From Pseudomonas aeruginosa (lineage in GTDB: Bacteria; Pseudomonadota; Gammaproteobacteria; Pseudomonadales; Pseudomonadaceae), in contig NZ_LN831024.1 in NCBI RefSeq assembly GCF_001457615.1, positions 840,001 through 872,000 of the forward strand: 32,000 bases of DNA, given 5' to 3'. Of the stretch, positions 1-8,874 are shown piece by piece. The notes under the pieces are model-generated. The model searched no databases and was not told the DNA's origin. It saw only the letters and a program-made list of their open reading frames with translations. Made by a program: the position numbers and the translations under genes. Position 1 is the first letter of the stretch, and each line of letters starts with the position of its first letter.

Positions 1-2
1 GC

Positions 3-1253
3 GGCGATGCCTGGCGGCGCCCCGACAGCAATATCGAAGGCATCTTCGGCAGCGATTTCGCCGTCGACATCGCCAGGCGCTCCGAAGCCGCCCACCTCGA
101 CTTCGTGTTTCGCCCGGACGTCAGCAGCCTGCCACTGGACGTGCTGGAGACCGGCTCCGGCTTCGCCAGCCTGGATCCCACCGTACTGCTTGCCGCGGTC
201 GCCCGCGAAACCTCGCGGATCGGCCTGGTGTCGACGGTCTCCACCACGTTCTATCCGCCCTACGTGGTGGCCCGGCAGCTGCAATCGCTGCACTGGATCA
301 GCAACGGCCGCGCCGGCTGGAACATCGTCACCGCGCTGCAGGGCCACGAGAACTTCGGCCTGGACGCGATGCCCGATGCGGAGCAGCGCTACGCGCGCGC
401 CGCCGAGTTCACCCGGCTGGTGCACGACCTGTGGGACAGCTTCCCCCGCGAGGCACTCCTGGTCGACCGCGAGAGCGGCCGCTACGCCGACGTTTCCCGG
501 GTGCACCCGGTCGACCACGACGGCGAATTCCTCAAGGTCAAGGGACCGCTCAACCTGCCGGCCTTCGGCGAGGCGCGGATTCCCCTGGTGCAGGCCGGCG
601 CCTCCGAGAGCGGGCGCGACTTCGCCGCCTCGGTGGCCGACCTGGTGTTCGCGCCGACCCCGGACAAGGAGGCTGCCCTGGAACTGCGCCGCGACCTTTC
701 CCGCCGCGCCGAACGCCACGGTCGCTCGCCGCGCGACGTGCGCCTGCTGCCGGGCTTCAGCCTGTACCTGGCGGAGAGCCGCGAGGAGGCGCGGGAAATC
801 TTCATGCAGACCCACGCGCGCCTGGACCGCGCGCGCAAGTTCGCCACGATCAGGCAGATGCTCGGCCTCGACCTCAGCGACTGGCCGCTGGACCGGCCGA
901 TTTCCGCGGCCGACCTGCCGCCGCCGGTGGCCAACCCCGGCAGCCGCACCCACACCGACCTGCTGCGGCGCCTGATCGAGCGCGAGACGTTACGCCTGGA
1001 CCAGTTGCTGCTGCGCCCCGAGGTGGTTTCCGCGGCGCACTGGCAGGTCATCGGTACGGTGGACGATGCCGTCGAGCAGATCGTCGACTGGGCCGCCGCC
1101 GGCGCCATGGACGGTTTCATCGCCGCGCCGGGAGGCTCGGTCGGCTCGCTGCGGCTGTTCCTCGAACAGGTGGTGCCGCGCCTGGTGGAAAAGGGGCTGT
1201 TCCGCGAGCGCTACAGCGCCACTACCTTCGCCGGGCACCTGGCAGAGGAATGA
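3..1253 (+). CDS. LLM-class flavin-dependent monooxygenase, NtaA/SnaA/DszA family (5'-truncated by window edge)
   Basis: Frame +3 is open from the window edge (GDAWRRPDSNIEGIFGSDFAVDIARRSEAAHLDFVFRPD...) to the stop at 1253. Sequence such as LESGFASLDPTVLLAAVARETSRIGLVSTVSTTFYPPYVVARQLQSLHWISNGRAGWNIVT is typical of luciferase-like monooxygenases. Confidence 0.9.
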   Translation, partial: GDAWRRPDSNIEGIFGSDFAVDIARRSEAAHLDFVFRPDVSSLPLDVLETGSGFASLDPTVLLAAVARETSRIGLVSTVSTTFYPPYVVARQLQSLHWISNGRAGWNIVTALQGHENFGLDAMPDAEQRYARAAEFTRLVHDLWDSFPREALLVDRESGRYADVSRVHPVDHDGEFLKVKGPLNLPAFGEARIPLVQAGASESGRDFAASVADLVFAPTPDKEAALELRRDLSRRAERHGRSPRDVRLLPGFSLYLAESREEAREIFMQTHARLDRARKFATIRQMLGLDLSDWPLDRPISAADLPPPVANPGSRTHTDLLRRLIERETLRLDQLLLRPEVVSAAHWQVIGTVDDAVEQIVDWAAAGAMDGFIAAPGGSVGSLRLFLEQVVPRLVEKGLFRERYSATTFAGHLAEE

Positions 1254-1690
1254 TGGAAAGGGCCGGCGACGGCCGCGTCCTGGCGGCGATGGCGAGCGAG
1301 TGACCGCCTGCGGATTGGCCGCCTGACGGGCCCGCTGTATCGCAGCACGCCATCCGACCGGTGGGACGTGGTACAGGCGAGGGAGCCTCTGCCTTGGCGT
1401 AGATACCGTCGTACCCCGGGGATCATCCGGACAGGTCGCAGCCTGGGCAGCGCTGGCCGTCGGCAGGCCTGGCATTCTGCTGTTACAACCATCCATCCAT
1501 TCCTGCGGAAACGAGTGAACTCAATCGCCCCGAGCGCTGTCTGTCAGCCGTCGGCCCAACCGGGCCGGGCGCATGGCCCTTGGCCATGCGGTAGCCCCGC
1601 CCCGGTCGCGCGCTTGTCCATAACAATTCGACTGGCCGGCTTTTTCGCTCCCCTTTGCGGGTTTCGTTCTCTCGCCATGTGAAGATTGCC

Positions 1691-2359
1691 ATGTCCCTAT
1701 CCCGTCGCATCCCCGCCGCTCTTTCCCCGTTCCAGAACCGCGTCATCGGAGCCTGCCTGCTCGGCGGCCTGCTGGCGGCCGGCGCCCCGGCGCAGGCCGA
1801 GGAGGCGACCGGCAACGCGCGCTGGGTGAGCGACAGCCTGACCACTTTCGTGCGCAGCGGCCCCACCGATGGCTATCGCATCGTCGGCACCCTCACCTCC
1901 GGGCAGAAGGTCGAGCTGCTTGGCACCCAGGGCAACTACAGCCAGGTGCGCGGCGAGAACGGCAGCACCGTGTGGATTCCCAGCCGCGACTTGCAGGAGG
2001 TTCCCGGCCAGGCCGAGCGCCTGCCGCAACTGGAACAGAAGGTGGCCGCCCTGACCGCCGAGCTGGACGGCATCAACGACACCTGGAAGACCCGCGTGCA
2101 GGGCATGCAGGAAACCCTCGACACGCGCAAGAAGCTGATCGACGAATTGCAGGCGGCGCGCAGCAACCTGGACGCCGAGCTCGGCAAGGCCCGCTCCGAC
2201 CTGCGTGCGGTGCAGGCGCAACTGGGCGACGAGAACAAGCAGGTGCTGATGCGCTACATGGTCTACGGCGGCAGCATCGCCGGCGCCGGCCTGTTCGCCG
2301 GGCTGATCCTGCCGTCGCTGCTGAGGGTGCGGCGCAAGCGCAACGACAAGTGGTTCTGA
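1691..2359 (+). CDS. SH3-domain protein (TIGR04211-like) with signal peptide, coiled coil and C-terminal transmembrane helix
   Basis: ORF MSLSRRIPAALSPFQNRVIGACLLGG..., SH3-like repeat (TFVRSGPTDGYRIVGTLTSGQKVELLG), coiled coil, TM helix and basic C-terminus (RVRRKRNDKWF). Confidence 0.85.
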   Translation: MSLSRRIPAALSPFQNRVIGACLLGGLLAAGAPAQAEEATGNARWVSDSLTTFVRSGPTDGYRIVGTLTSGQKVELLGTQGNYSQVRGENGSTVWIPSRDLQEVPGQAERLPQLEQKVAALTAELDGINDTWKTRVQGMQETLDTRKKLIDELQAARSNLDAELGKARSDLRAVQAQLGDENKQVLMRYMVYGGSIAGAGLFAGLILPSLLRVRRKRNDKWF

Positions 2360-2392
2360 GCCTCCGCCCGCGTCTCTGCGTTTCGTAAAGCA

Positions 2393-2413
2393 AGCCCCGC
2401 CGGCCGCGGGGCT
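2393..2413 (-). terminator. Rho-independent-like terminator of the aco operon
   Basis: Perfect 8-bp stem AGCCCCGC-CGGCC-GCGGGGCT just downstream of the last aco gene. On the minus strand it is followed by TGCTTTAC. Confidence 0.6.
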
Positions 2414-2442
2414 GTGTCGCAAGCGCGACAAGGGCTGAAGCG

Positions 2443-3534
2443 TCAGCCGCCCGGCGAGACGATGATCTTCACGTTGTGCTCCTTGTTGTTCACCAACTCT
2501 TCGAAACCGCGCTCGACGATTTCTTCCAGGCCGATGCGACCGGTCACCAGCGGTGCGATGTCGAGGCGGCCGTCGGCTATGAAGGCGATCACGTCGGCGA
2601 ACTCGCCGTTGTAGGCGAGGGCCCCGAGCAACTGCTTCTCGGTGGAAACCAGCTCGAAGAAATTGAATTCACTGGGCTCCTCGAAGATTCCCACAAGCAC
2701 GCATTTGCCGGCCTTGCGGATGGCATCGATGGCCAGCTTGGCGGTGTGCTTGTTGCCGATGCATTCGAAGCTGACGTCGGCGCCAAGCCCGCCGGTGAGG
2801 GCGCGGATTTCGCCTAGGGCGTCGCACCGCGAGGGGTCGAGCACCTGGCTGGCGCCGACCTCCAGGGCCTTGGCCTTGCGCGCCGAGGACATCTCCAGGG
2901 CGATCACCTGTGCCGCGCCGGCGGCGCGCGCGCACATGATGGTGCTCAGGCCGATGGTGCCGGCGCCGACCACCACCACGTTCTGCCCGAGCAGGCTGCC
3001 GGCCTTCTTCACCGCGTGCATGCCCACCGCCAGCGGCTCGATCAGCGCGCCGGCCTCGCTGGGAAATCCGGCCGGCAGGGCGTAGAGCAGGTTGGCCGGT
3101 ACGTTGACGTATTCGGCGAAGGCGCCGTTGTTCATCAGCCCGGTGAAGGCCAGGTTCTCGCAGATGTTGTACAGCCCATGCCGGCAGTAGTAGCAGGTGC
3201 CGCAATGCTGGCAGGCGTCTGCGGCGACCGCCTGGCCGACGGCGAAGCCGGTCACGCCGTTGCCGAGGCGGACGATTTCGCCGCTGAACTCGTGGCCGAG
3301 GATGCATTGATCCTTGAGGCCGGTGAGCGGGTGCGGCGCCTCCACGGGGATGAATACCGGGCCGGCCAGGTATTCGTGCAGGTCGGAGCCGCAGATGCCG
3401 CACCAGTGCACACGGATCTGCACCCAGCCGGGCGGCGGCTCGGCCGGGAGCGGCACGTCTTCCACGCGGATATCGTGGCGGCCGTGCCAGACGGCGGCGC
3501 GCATCGCCGCGTTGGCTTGCGGGGAACTGTTCAT
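2443..3534 (-). CDS. 2,3-butanediol dehydrogenase, zinc-dependent MDR family
   Basis: 363 aa. MRAAVWHGRHDIRVEDVPLP, CGICGSDLHEY, GHEFSG, structural zinc cysteines (CQHCGTCYYCRHGLYNIC), NAD fold VVVVGAGTIG. Last gene of the aco operon. Confidence 0.9.
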   Translation of the reverse strand: MNSSPQANAAMRAAVWHGRHDIRVEDVPLPAEPPPGWVQIRVHWCGICGSDLHEYLAGPVFIPVEAPHPLTGLKDQCILGHEFSGEIVRLGNGVTGFAVGQAVAADACQHCGTCYYCRHGLYNICENLAFTGLMNNGAFAEYVNVPANLLYALPAGFPSEAGALIEPLAVGMHAVKKAGSLLGQNVVVVGAGTIGLSTIMCARAAGAAQVIALEMSSARKAKALEVGASQVLDPSRCDALGEIRALTGGLGADVSFECIGNKHTAKLAIDAIRKAGKCVLVGIFEEPSEFNFFELVSTEKQLLGALAYNGEFADVIAFIADGRLDIAPLVTGRIGLEEIVERGFEELVNNKEHNVKIIVSPGG

Positions 3535-3547
3535 GTCGGTCGTCTCC

Positions 3548-4660
3548 TCAATGCTGGCGGAGGAAGTCGAGCAGCAGGCGGTTGACCTGCTCGGCGGCTT
3601 CCATCTGCACCATGTGCGCCTGTCCGGGAATGATCTCCACCTGGGCTGGCAGGCCCTCGGCATGCCGCGCCGGGATGATCGCGTCATCGCTGCCCCAGAT
3701 CGCCAGGACCGGCTGGCGGCCCTCGCTCGCCACGGCACGCAGGTCGTTGCGCTGGCGACCGTCGGCGAACAGGTTGTCCAGCAACTGGCGCAGGGCCGCA
3801 TCGACGCCTTCCAGGCGCTTGTAGCGGAGCATGTCCTCGAGCATCTGCCGGGTGACCAGCGCGGGGTCGGAGAACAACTGCACCAGTTGCGGCTTCAACG
3901 CGTTGCGGTTGGCCGCCTCGACGAAGCCGCGCAGGTAGTCGCCGTTGATCTCCTCGCCGAGGCCGGCGCTGCCGATCAGGCTCAGCGACAGCACCCGCTG
4001 CGGCGCCAGGCGCGCGCAGTTCAGCGCCACCGCTCCCCCCATGGAGTGACCGGCCAGGTGTACCTGTTCCAGGTCGAGGTGGTCGAGCAGGGCCAGCACG
4101 CTGCCGCTGAGTTCATCGAGGTCGCCGCGCACCAGGGCCTTGCCGGACTCGCCGTGGCCCGGCAGGTCTAGAGCGATCACCCGCCGCTCGGCGGCCAGCG
4201 CCTCGTGGTTGAACAACCAGTTGTTCAGGTCGCCACCGAAACCGTGGATCAGCAGTAGCGCCGGATCGCCCTCGCCGCGGTCGAAATAGCGCAGGAGGCG
4301 CCCGTCCAGCTCGACTTTCCGCGGTGCCGGTCCGCTATCCCCAGCGTCCTCGTCGGCGGGTACGAATTCGGCCTGGAAGCGTTGCACCAGTGCGTCGATC
4401 TCCTCGTCGCTCGCCTCGCCCTCGACCACCACGCCGAGCAGCGCGCCGACCGCCAGGGTCTCGTCCTCGCGCGCCACCTTGCGCCGCAGCACGCCCGAGA
4501 AGGGCGCCTCGACGCTGCTGGAGATCTTGTCGGTCTCCACGTCGAGCACCTCGTCGCCTTTCTCGATATGCGCGCCCTCTTCCTTGAGCCAGGCGTCCAC
4601 CCGACCCTCGGTCATCGACAGGCCCCACTTGGGCATGGTCAGTGTATGGATCCGGCTCAT
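3548..4660 (-). CDS. acoC: Acetoin dehydrogenase E2-like protein: N-terminal lipoyl domain fused to alpha/beta hydrolase
   Basis: 370 aa. Lipoyl domain with ...DVETDKISSSVEAPFSG..., then hydrolase LLIHGFGGDLNNW and GHSMGGAVA. Confidence 0.9.
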   Translation of the reverse strand: MSRIHTLTMPKWGLSMTEGRVDAWLKEEGAHIEKGDEVLDVETDKISSSVEAPFSGVLRRKVAREDETLAVGALLGVVVEGEASDEEIDALVQRFQAEFVPADEDAGDSGPAPRKVELDGRLLRYFDRGEGDPALLLIHGFGGDLNNWLFNHEALAAERRVIALDLPGHGESGKALVRGDLDELSGSVLALLDHLDLEQVHLAGHSMGGAVALNCARLAPQRVLSLSLIGSAGLGEEINGDYLRGFVEAANRNALKPQLVQLFSDPALVTRQMLEDMLRYKRLEGVDAALRQLLDNLFADGRQRNDLRAVASEGRQPVLAIWGSDDAIIPARHAEGLPAQVEIIPGQAHMVQMEAAEQVNRLLLDFLRQH

Positions 4661-5676
4661 GCCGCGTCCCTCCCTTCCAGGGCCTGGCGCACGGCTGCCT
4701 CGATCTTCGCCGCGTCGGGGATGTAGAGGTCTTCCAGGGCGTCGGAGAAAGGCACCGGCGTATGGGGCGCGGTGACCCGGCGGATCGGCGCGCGCAGCGC
4801 GGAGAAGGCCCGTTCGGCGACCAGCGCGGCGATGTCGGTGGCCATCGAGCAGCGTGGGTTGGCTTCGTCGACCACCACCAGGCGGCCGGTCTTTTCCACG
4901 CTTTCGAGAATGCTGTCCTCGTCCAGCGGGCTGGTGCTGCGCAGGTCCAGTACTTCGCAGGAGATGCCCTGGCGCGCCAGGCTGGCGGCGGCGTCCAGCG
5001 CCAGGTGGACCATGCGGCCGTAGGTCACCAGGGTGACGTCGTCGCCGTCGCGGAGGAAGTTCGCCTCGCCGAAGGGTACGCTGTACAGCTCCTCGGGTAC
5101 CTCGCCCTGCATCGAATAGAGCAGCTTGTGCTCGCAGAAGATCACCGGGTCGTTGTCGCGGATCGCCTGGACCAGCAGGCCCTTGGCGTCGTAGGGCGAC
5201 GACGGGCAGACCACCTTGAGGCCGGGGATGTGGGTCCATAGCGAAGTGAGCATCTGCGAATGCTGGGCGGCGGCGCGCAGGCCGGCGCCGACCATGGTAC
5301 GGATCACCAGCGGGGTGACCGCCTTGCCGCCGAACATGTAGCGGAACTTGGCGGCCTGGTTGAGGATCTGGTCCAGGCAGCAACCGGCGAAGTCGACGAA
5401 CATCAGTTCGCACACCGGGCGCATGCCGCGGGTGGCGGCGCCGACCGCGGCGCCGACATAGCCGATCTCTGACAACGGGGTATCCAGCACGCGGCCGGGG
5501 AACTGGTGGTAGAGGCCCTTGGTGACCCCCAGCACGCCGCCCCAGGCGTCGTCCTCGCCGGGCGCGCCGGCGCCGCCGGCATTGTCTTCGCCCATGATGA
5601 AGACGCTCGGGTCGCGGCGCATTTCCTGGGCCAGCGCCTCGTTGATGGCCTGCTGGTAGCTGATCTTTCTCGCCAT
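4657..5676 (-). CDS. acoB: Acetoin dehydrogenase E1 component, beta subunit
   Basis: 339 aa. Transketolase-like beta subunit (MARKISYQQAINEALAQEMRRDPSVFIMGEDNAGG...). Overlaps the acoC start by 4 nt. Confidence 0.92.
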   Translation of the reverse strand: MARKISYQQAINEALAQEMRRDPSVFIMGEDNAGGAGAPGEDDAWGGVLGVTKGLYHQFPGRVLDTPLSEIGYVGAAVGAATRGMRPVCELMFVDFAGCCLDQILNQAAKFRYMFGGKAVTPLVIRTMVGAGLRAAAQHSQMLTSLWTHIPGLKVVCPSSPYDAKGLLVQAIRDNDPVIFCEHKLLYSMQGEVPEELYSVPFGEANFLRDGDDVTLVTYGRMVHLALDAAASLARQGISCEVLDLRSTSPLDEDSILESVEKTGRLVVVDEANPRCSMATDIAALVAERAFSALRAPIRRVTAPHTPVPFSDALEDLYIPDAAKIEAAVRQALEGRDAA

Positions 5677-5708
5677 GATGGTTCTCCTCGTTCTTGTTTT
5701 CGGGCGGC

Positions 5709-6683
5709 TCAGGGATAGGACACGTAGACGTCGCGCAGCAGGTCGTCCGGCTCCGGCTTGGGATCGTTCTTCGCGCGCTGCACGGCATCCTCGATGCGCG
5801 CCTCGACCTCGGCGTCGATGGCGTCCAGGTCGCTGGCGGAGAGCAGGCCGGCGTGGCAGGTGCGTTCGCGGAACTGCTTGAGGCAGTCGCGGGTTTCCCG
5901 GTAGTGCTTTACTTCGTCGGGATCGCGGTAGGTCTGTGCGTCGCCCTCGAAGTGTCCGTAGTAGCGGGTCAGCTTGACTTCGATCAGCGACGGCCCCTCG
6001 CCGGCGCGGGCGCGCTCGATGGCGGCGCCGGCAGCCTCGTGGACGGCGAAGAAGTCGAAGCCGTCGACGGTCACCCCGGGCATGCCGAAACCGGCGGCGC
6101 GGTCGGCGATGTGGTCGCAGGCCACCGACCAGTTGGCCGCGGTGGCCTCGGCATAGCCGTTGTTCTCGGCGACGAACAGGCACGGCAGGTTCCACACCGC
6201 GGCCAGGTTCATCGCCTCGAACACCGCGCCTTCGTTGGAGCCGCCATCGCCGAAGAAGGCCACCGCCACCGCATCGCTGCCTTTCAGCTTGGCCGCCAGC
6301 GCGGCGCCGGCGGCCAGCGGCGCGCCGGCGCCGACGATTCCGTTGGCGCCGAGCATGCCTTTCTCCAGGTCGGCGATATGCATGGAGCCGCCCTTGCCCT
6401 GGCAGACCCCGGTCTTCTTGCCATAGATTTCCGCCATCATGCCGTGCACGTCTACGCCCTTGGCGATGCAGTGGCCGTGGCCGCGATGGGTGGAGGCGAT
6501 GCAGTCGTCGTCGCGCAGGTGCGCCATCACGCCGGCGGCGGAGGCTTCCTCGCCGGCGTAGAGGTGGACGAAGCCGGGTATCTCGCCCGTGGCGAACTCG
6601 ACGTGCAGGCGTTCCTCGAAGGCGCGGATGGTGCGCATCACGCGGTAGGCATGGAGCAGTTGGTCGGTGCTCAGAGTGGACAT
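5709..6683 (-). CDS. acoA: Acetoin dehydrogenase E1 component, alpha subunit (TPP-dependent)
   Basis: 324 aa. Contains the TPP-binding motif GDGGSNEG...N and GKTGVCQGKGGSMHIAD. Confidence 0.92.
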   Translation of the reverse strand: MSTLSTDQLLHAYRVMRTIRAFEERLHVEFATGEIPGFVHLYAGEEASAAGVMAHLRDDDCIASTHRGHGHCIAKGVDVHGMMAEIYGKKTGVCQGKGGSMHIADLEKGMLGANGIVGAGAPLAAGAALAAKLKGSDAVAVAFFGDGGSNEGAVFEAMNLAAVWNLPCLFVAENNGYAEATAANWSVACDHIADRAAGFGMPGVTVDGFDFFAVHEAAGAAIERARAGEGPSLIEVKLTRYYGHFEGDAQTYRDPDEVKHYRETRDCLKQFRERTCHAGLLSASDLDAIDAEVEARIEDAVQRAKNDPKPEPDDLLRDVYVSYP

Positions 6684-6705
6684 CTTGTTGTTCTCCAGGT
6701 TGTCT

Positions 6706-7746
6706 TCACGGGGTCATCGGGGTTCGCTGGCCGGCCAGCAGGCGATGGCGGGCGGCGTAGGCGAGGGTGGCCGGCACATCGACGCTGAACGGGCCGGAAG
6801 GGTCGAGGGTGATGCTCGGGCGGTCGGTGGCGCTGAACTCGATCTCGCGCTCTCCGTCCAGCGCCAGGGTCCCGCTGGACAGGCTCGGTGCGTGGGTCAC
6901 GCCGGGTTGCAGGTAGCCGGCGGCAGAGACCCCGCAGCCCACCAGCAGGCCCGGCGCCAGCGGCACCAGCAGGCTCTCGCGGGCGTCCGGATGCAGGCGC
7001 ATCCAGGCGCCGTGGGGCTCCTCGCGGCTCACCGGCGACCACAGTCCGCAAAGCGCCGAAAGGCCGATGGCGTGGGGTTCGGCGAAGCTGACGAAGACTT
7101 CGGCGAGGTCTTCGGCGCGACTGATGGCGCGGGCGCCGATGAACGGCTGCGGCGACACCGCGACGTCCACCAGCGCCCACTCGCAGAGCCCGCGGCGCGG
7201 CTCGCGCACCAGCAGGCGCTTGTTGCGTCGCAGGCCGATCTCCGGCGGCACCCGGTTGCTGGCGCAGAGGCCGCCGGCGAGCCCCGCGCCGGTGGCTTCG
7301 CGCAGCTCCGGGAAGGCGTTGTTGGTCCCGGTGGACAGCGCCAGCAGGGGGACGTCGCCGACCTCGGCGGCCACTGCCTTGTGCGTGCCGTCGCCGCCGA
7401 GCACGGCGATCAGCGCCACGCCGCGCTCGACCATGCGCCGCGCCGCCAGGCGGGTATCCTCGACGCTCTGGCGCAGCGGCATGTCGAGGAACTCCAGGAA
7501 CGGCCAGTGGCCGTCGCGGGCCTGGCGGGTCTGGCTGGCCCGGAGCACGGCGGCGGCGATGCCGGTCATGTCCGGCGGCAGCAACGCATGGCGGATGCCG
7601 GTGGCGCCGAAGGCGGCGAGCAGGCGTTGCACCACCGATGCCTTGTCGGTGCTGGAGTGCAGCCCGGCATGGGCGGTGAGGCGACGCAGGTCGCGACCGG
7701 AGGCCGGGTTGGCGATGATGCCGACGATCGGCGAGGGCGGGGTCAT
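6706..7746 (-). CDS. AcoX-like ATP-NAD kinase-fold protein of acetoin catabolism
   Basis: 346 aa from MTPPSPIVGIIANPASGRDLRRLTAHA, with VLGGDGTHKAVAAEVGDVPLLALSTGTNNAFP. Lies within the aco operon and overlaps the neighbouring SDR by 4 nt. Confidence 0.85.
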   Translation of the reverse strand: MTPPSPIVGIIANPASGRDLRRLTAHAGLHSSTDKASVVQRLLAAFGATGIRHALLPPDMTGIAAAVLRASQTRQARDGHWPFLEFLDMPLRQSVEDTRLAARRMVERGVALIAVLGGDGTHKAVAAEVGDVPLLALSTGTNNAFPELREATGAGLAGGLCASNRVPPEIGLRRNKRLLVREPRRGLCEWALVDVAVSPQPFIGARAISRAEDLAEVFVSFAEPHAIGLSALCGLWSPVSREEPHGAWMRLHPDARESLLVPLAPGLLVGCGVSAAGYLQPGVTHAPSLSSGTLALDGEREIEFSATDRPSITLDPSGPFSVDVPATLAYAARHRLLAGQRTPMTP

Positions 7747-8543
7747 AGCGAGAATCCGCCGTCGACGGCGATGGCCTGGCCGGTGACGTGCGGCGCGCAG
7801 GCCAGGTAGACGACGAGCTGGCCCATGTCTTCGACGGTCTGCGCCTCGCCCTGGGGCAGCAGGCTGGCCTGGTGGCGTTCCCAGGACTGCGCCTCGCTTT
7901 CGCCGGCCTGCCGCCAGCGGCCCGACAAGCCGTCCTCGCCGCGCCACATTCCGGTGCCGACGATTCCCGGGCAGAGCGCGTTGACCGTCACCCCGTCGCG
8001 CGCGACCTCCTTGGCCAGGGCATTGCTGAAACCGATCACGGCAAACTTCGAGGCACAGTAGTGGGCGAGGTCGGGGAGACCGACCTTGCCGGCGATCGAT
8101 GACAGGTTGACGATCCGCCCCCAGCGCTGCGCCTGCATCAGCGGCAGTTCGGCCTGGCAGCAGAGGAACACGCCGCGGGCGTTGACGTTCATCACCCGGT
8201 CCCAGTCGGCGAGGCTGAGTTCGGCGACCTTGCGGATGCTGATCACCCCGGCATTGTTCACCGCCACGTCGAGCCGGCCGAACTCCGTGGCGACCCGCTC
8301 GACCATCGCCCGGACGCTGTCGCCGTCGCTGACGTCGACCCCAAGGGCCAGGCTGCGGCGACCGAGGCTGCGGATCGCGGCGGCGGTTTCCTCGGCGACC
8401 TGCGGATCGAGGTCGGCCACCGCCACGTCGGCGCCGGCGCGCGCCAGGGCGAGGGCGATGCCCCGGCCGATGCCGCGTCCGGCGCCGGTCACCAGCGCGA
8501 CCCGGGAAGACAGGGAGAAATCGTCGGACGACGTAGCGTGCAT
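7743..8543 (-). CDS. Short-chain dehydrogenase/reductase (acetoin/butanediol-related)
   Basis: 266 aa. VTGAGRGIGRG, NNAG, YCASK motifs. First gene of the aco operon. Confidence 0.9.
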   Translation of the reverse strand: MHATSSDDFSLSSRVALVTGAGRGIGRGIALALARAGADVAVADLDPQVAEETAAAIRSLGRRSLALGVDVSDGDSVRAMVERVATEFGRLDVAVNNAGVISIRKVAELSLADWDRVMNVNARGVFLCCQAELPLMQAQRWGRIVNLSSIAGKVGLPDLAHYCASKFAVIGFSNALAKEVARDGVTVNALCPGIVGTGMWRGEDGLSGRWRQAGESEAQSWERHQASLLPQGEAQTVEDMGQLVVYLACAPHVTGQAIAVDGGFSL

Positions 8544-8556
8544 GCTTCACCTCTGA

Positions 8557-8564
8557 TTGTTCTT
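8557..8564 (-). promoter_or_regulatory. Crc/Hfq-like A-rich (CA) motif AAGAACAA in the aco operon leader
   Basis: On the minus strand ACCTACAAGAACAATCAGAGGTGAAGCATG; AAGAACAA fits AAnAAnAA and lies just upstream of the SD and ATG. Confidence 0.55.
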
Positions 8565-8627
8565 GTAGGTGTATGCGGCAGGGCGTTGGGAGGAGCGGAC
8601 AGTCCGCCCTGCCGTCGCCGTGGCTGG

Positions 8628-8643
8628 AGCAAGGCCGATGCCA
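8628..8643 (-). promoter_or_regulatory. Sigma-54 (-24/-12) promoter of the aco operon
   Basis: Minus strand TGGCAT-CGGCC-TTGCT matches the TGGCAY-N5-TTGCW consensus, about 85 nt upstream of the first operon gene and opposite the EBP gene acoR. Confidence 0.85.
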
Positions 8644-8763
8644 GGTTGCGGCGTGGCGGCCGGAAGGCCCGTCGTAGAGCGCCGGCATGGGAAGGCCGGC
8701 GACCGCCGGGGCGACGTCCGGCGAGACAACCCATGTCATCGCGCACGGGTTCCCGGCGAGACG

Positions 8764-8782
8764 CTGAGACGCTCCGTCTCAG
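8764..8782. promoter_or_regulatory. Candidate upstream activator (AcoR enhancer) site, perfect palindrome
   Basis: CTGAGACG-CTC-CGTCTCAG, 8+3+8 perfect inverted repeat, about 120-150 bp upstream of the sigma-54 promoter in the acoR/aco divergent region. Confidence 0.5.
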
Positions 8783-8844
8783 TCGTCGGCTGTGGCGGCC
8801 CGGCGCTTGTCGAGGGTCGCCGATGGGCGCTTAATGGGCGGCAC

Positions 8845-8852
8845 AACAACAA
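8845..8852 (+). promoter_or_regulatory. Crc/Hfq-like A-rich motif AACAACAA in the acoR leader
   Basis: GGCGGCACAACAACAAGATGCC, 22 nt upstream of the acoR ATG at 8875. Confidence 0.45.
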
Positions 8853-8874
8853 GATGCCGAGCAACGGAGGCCCC

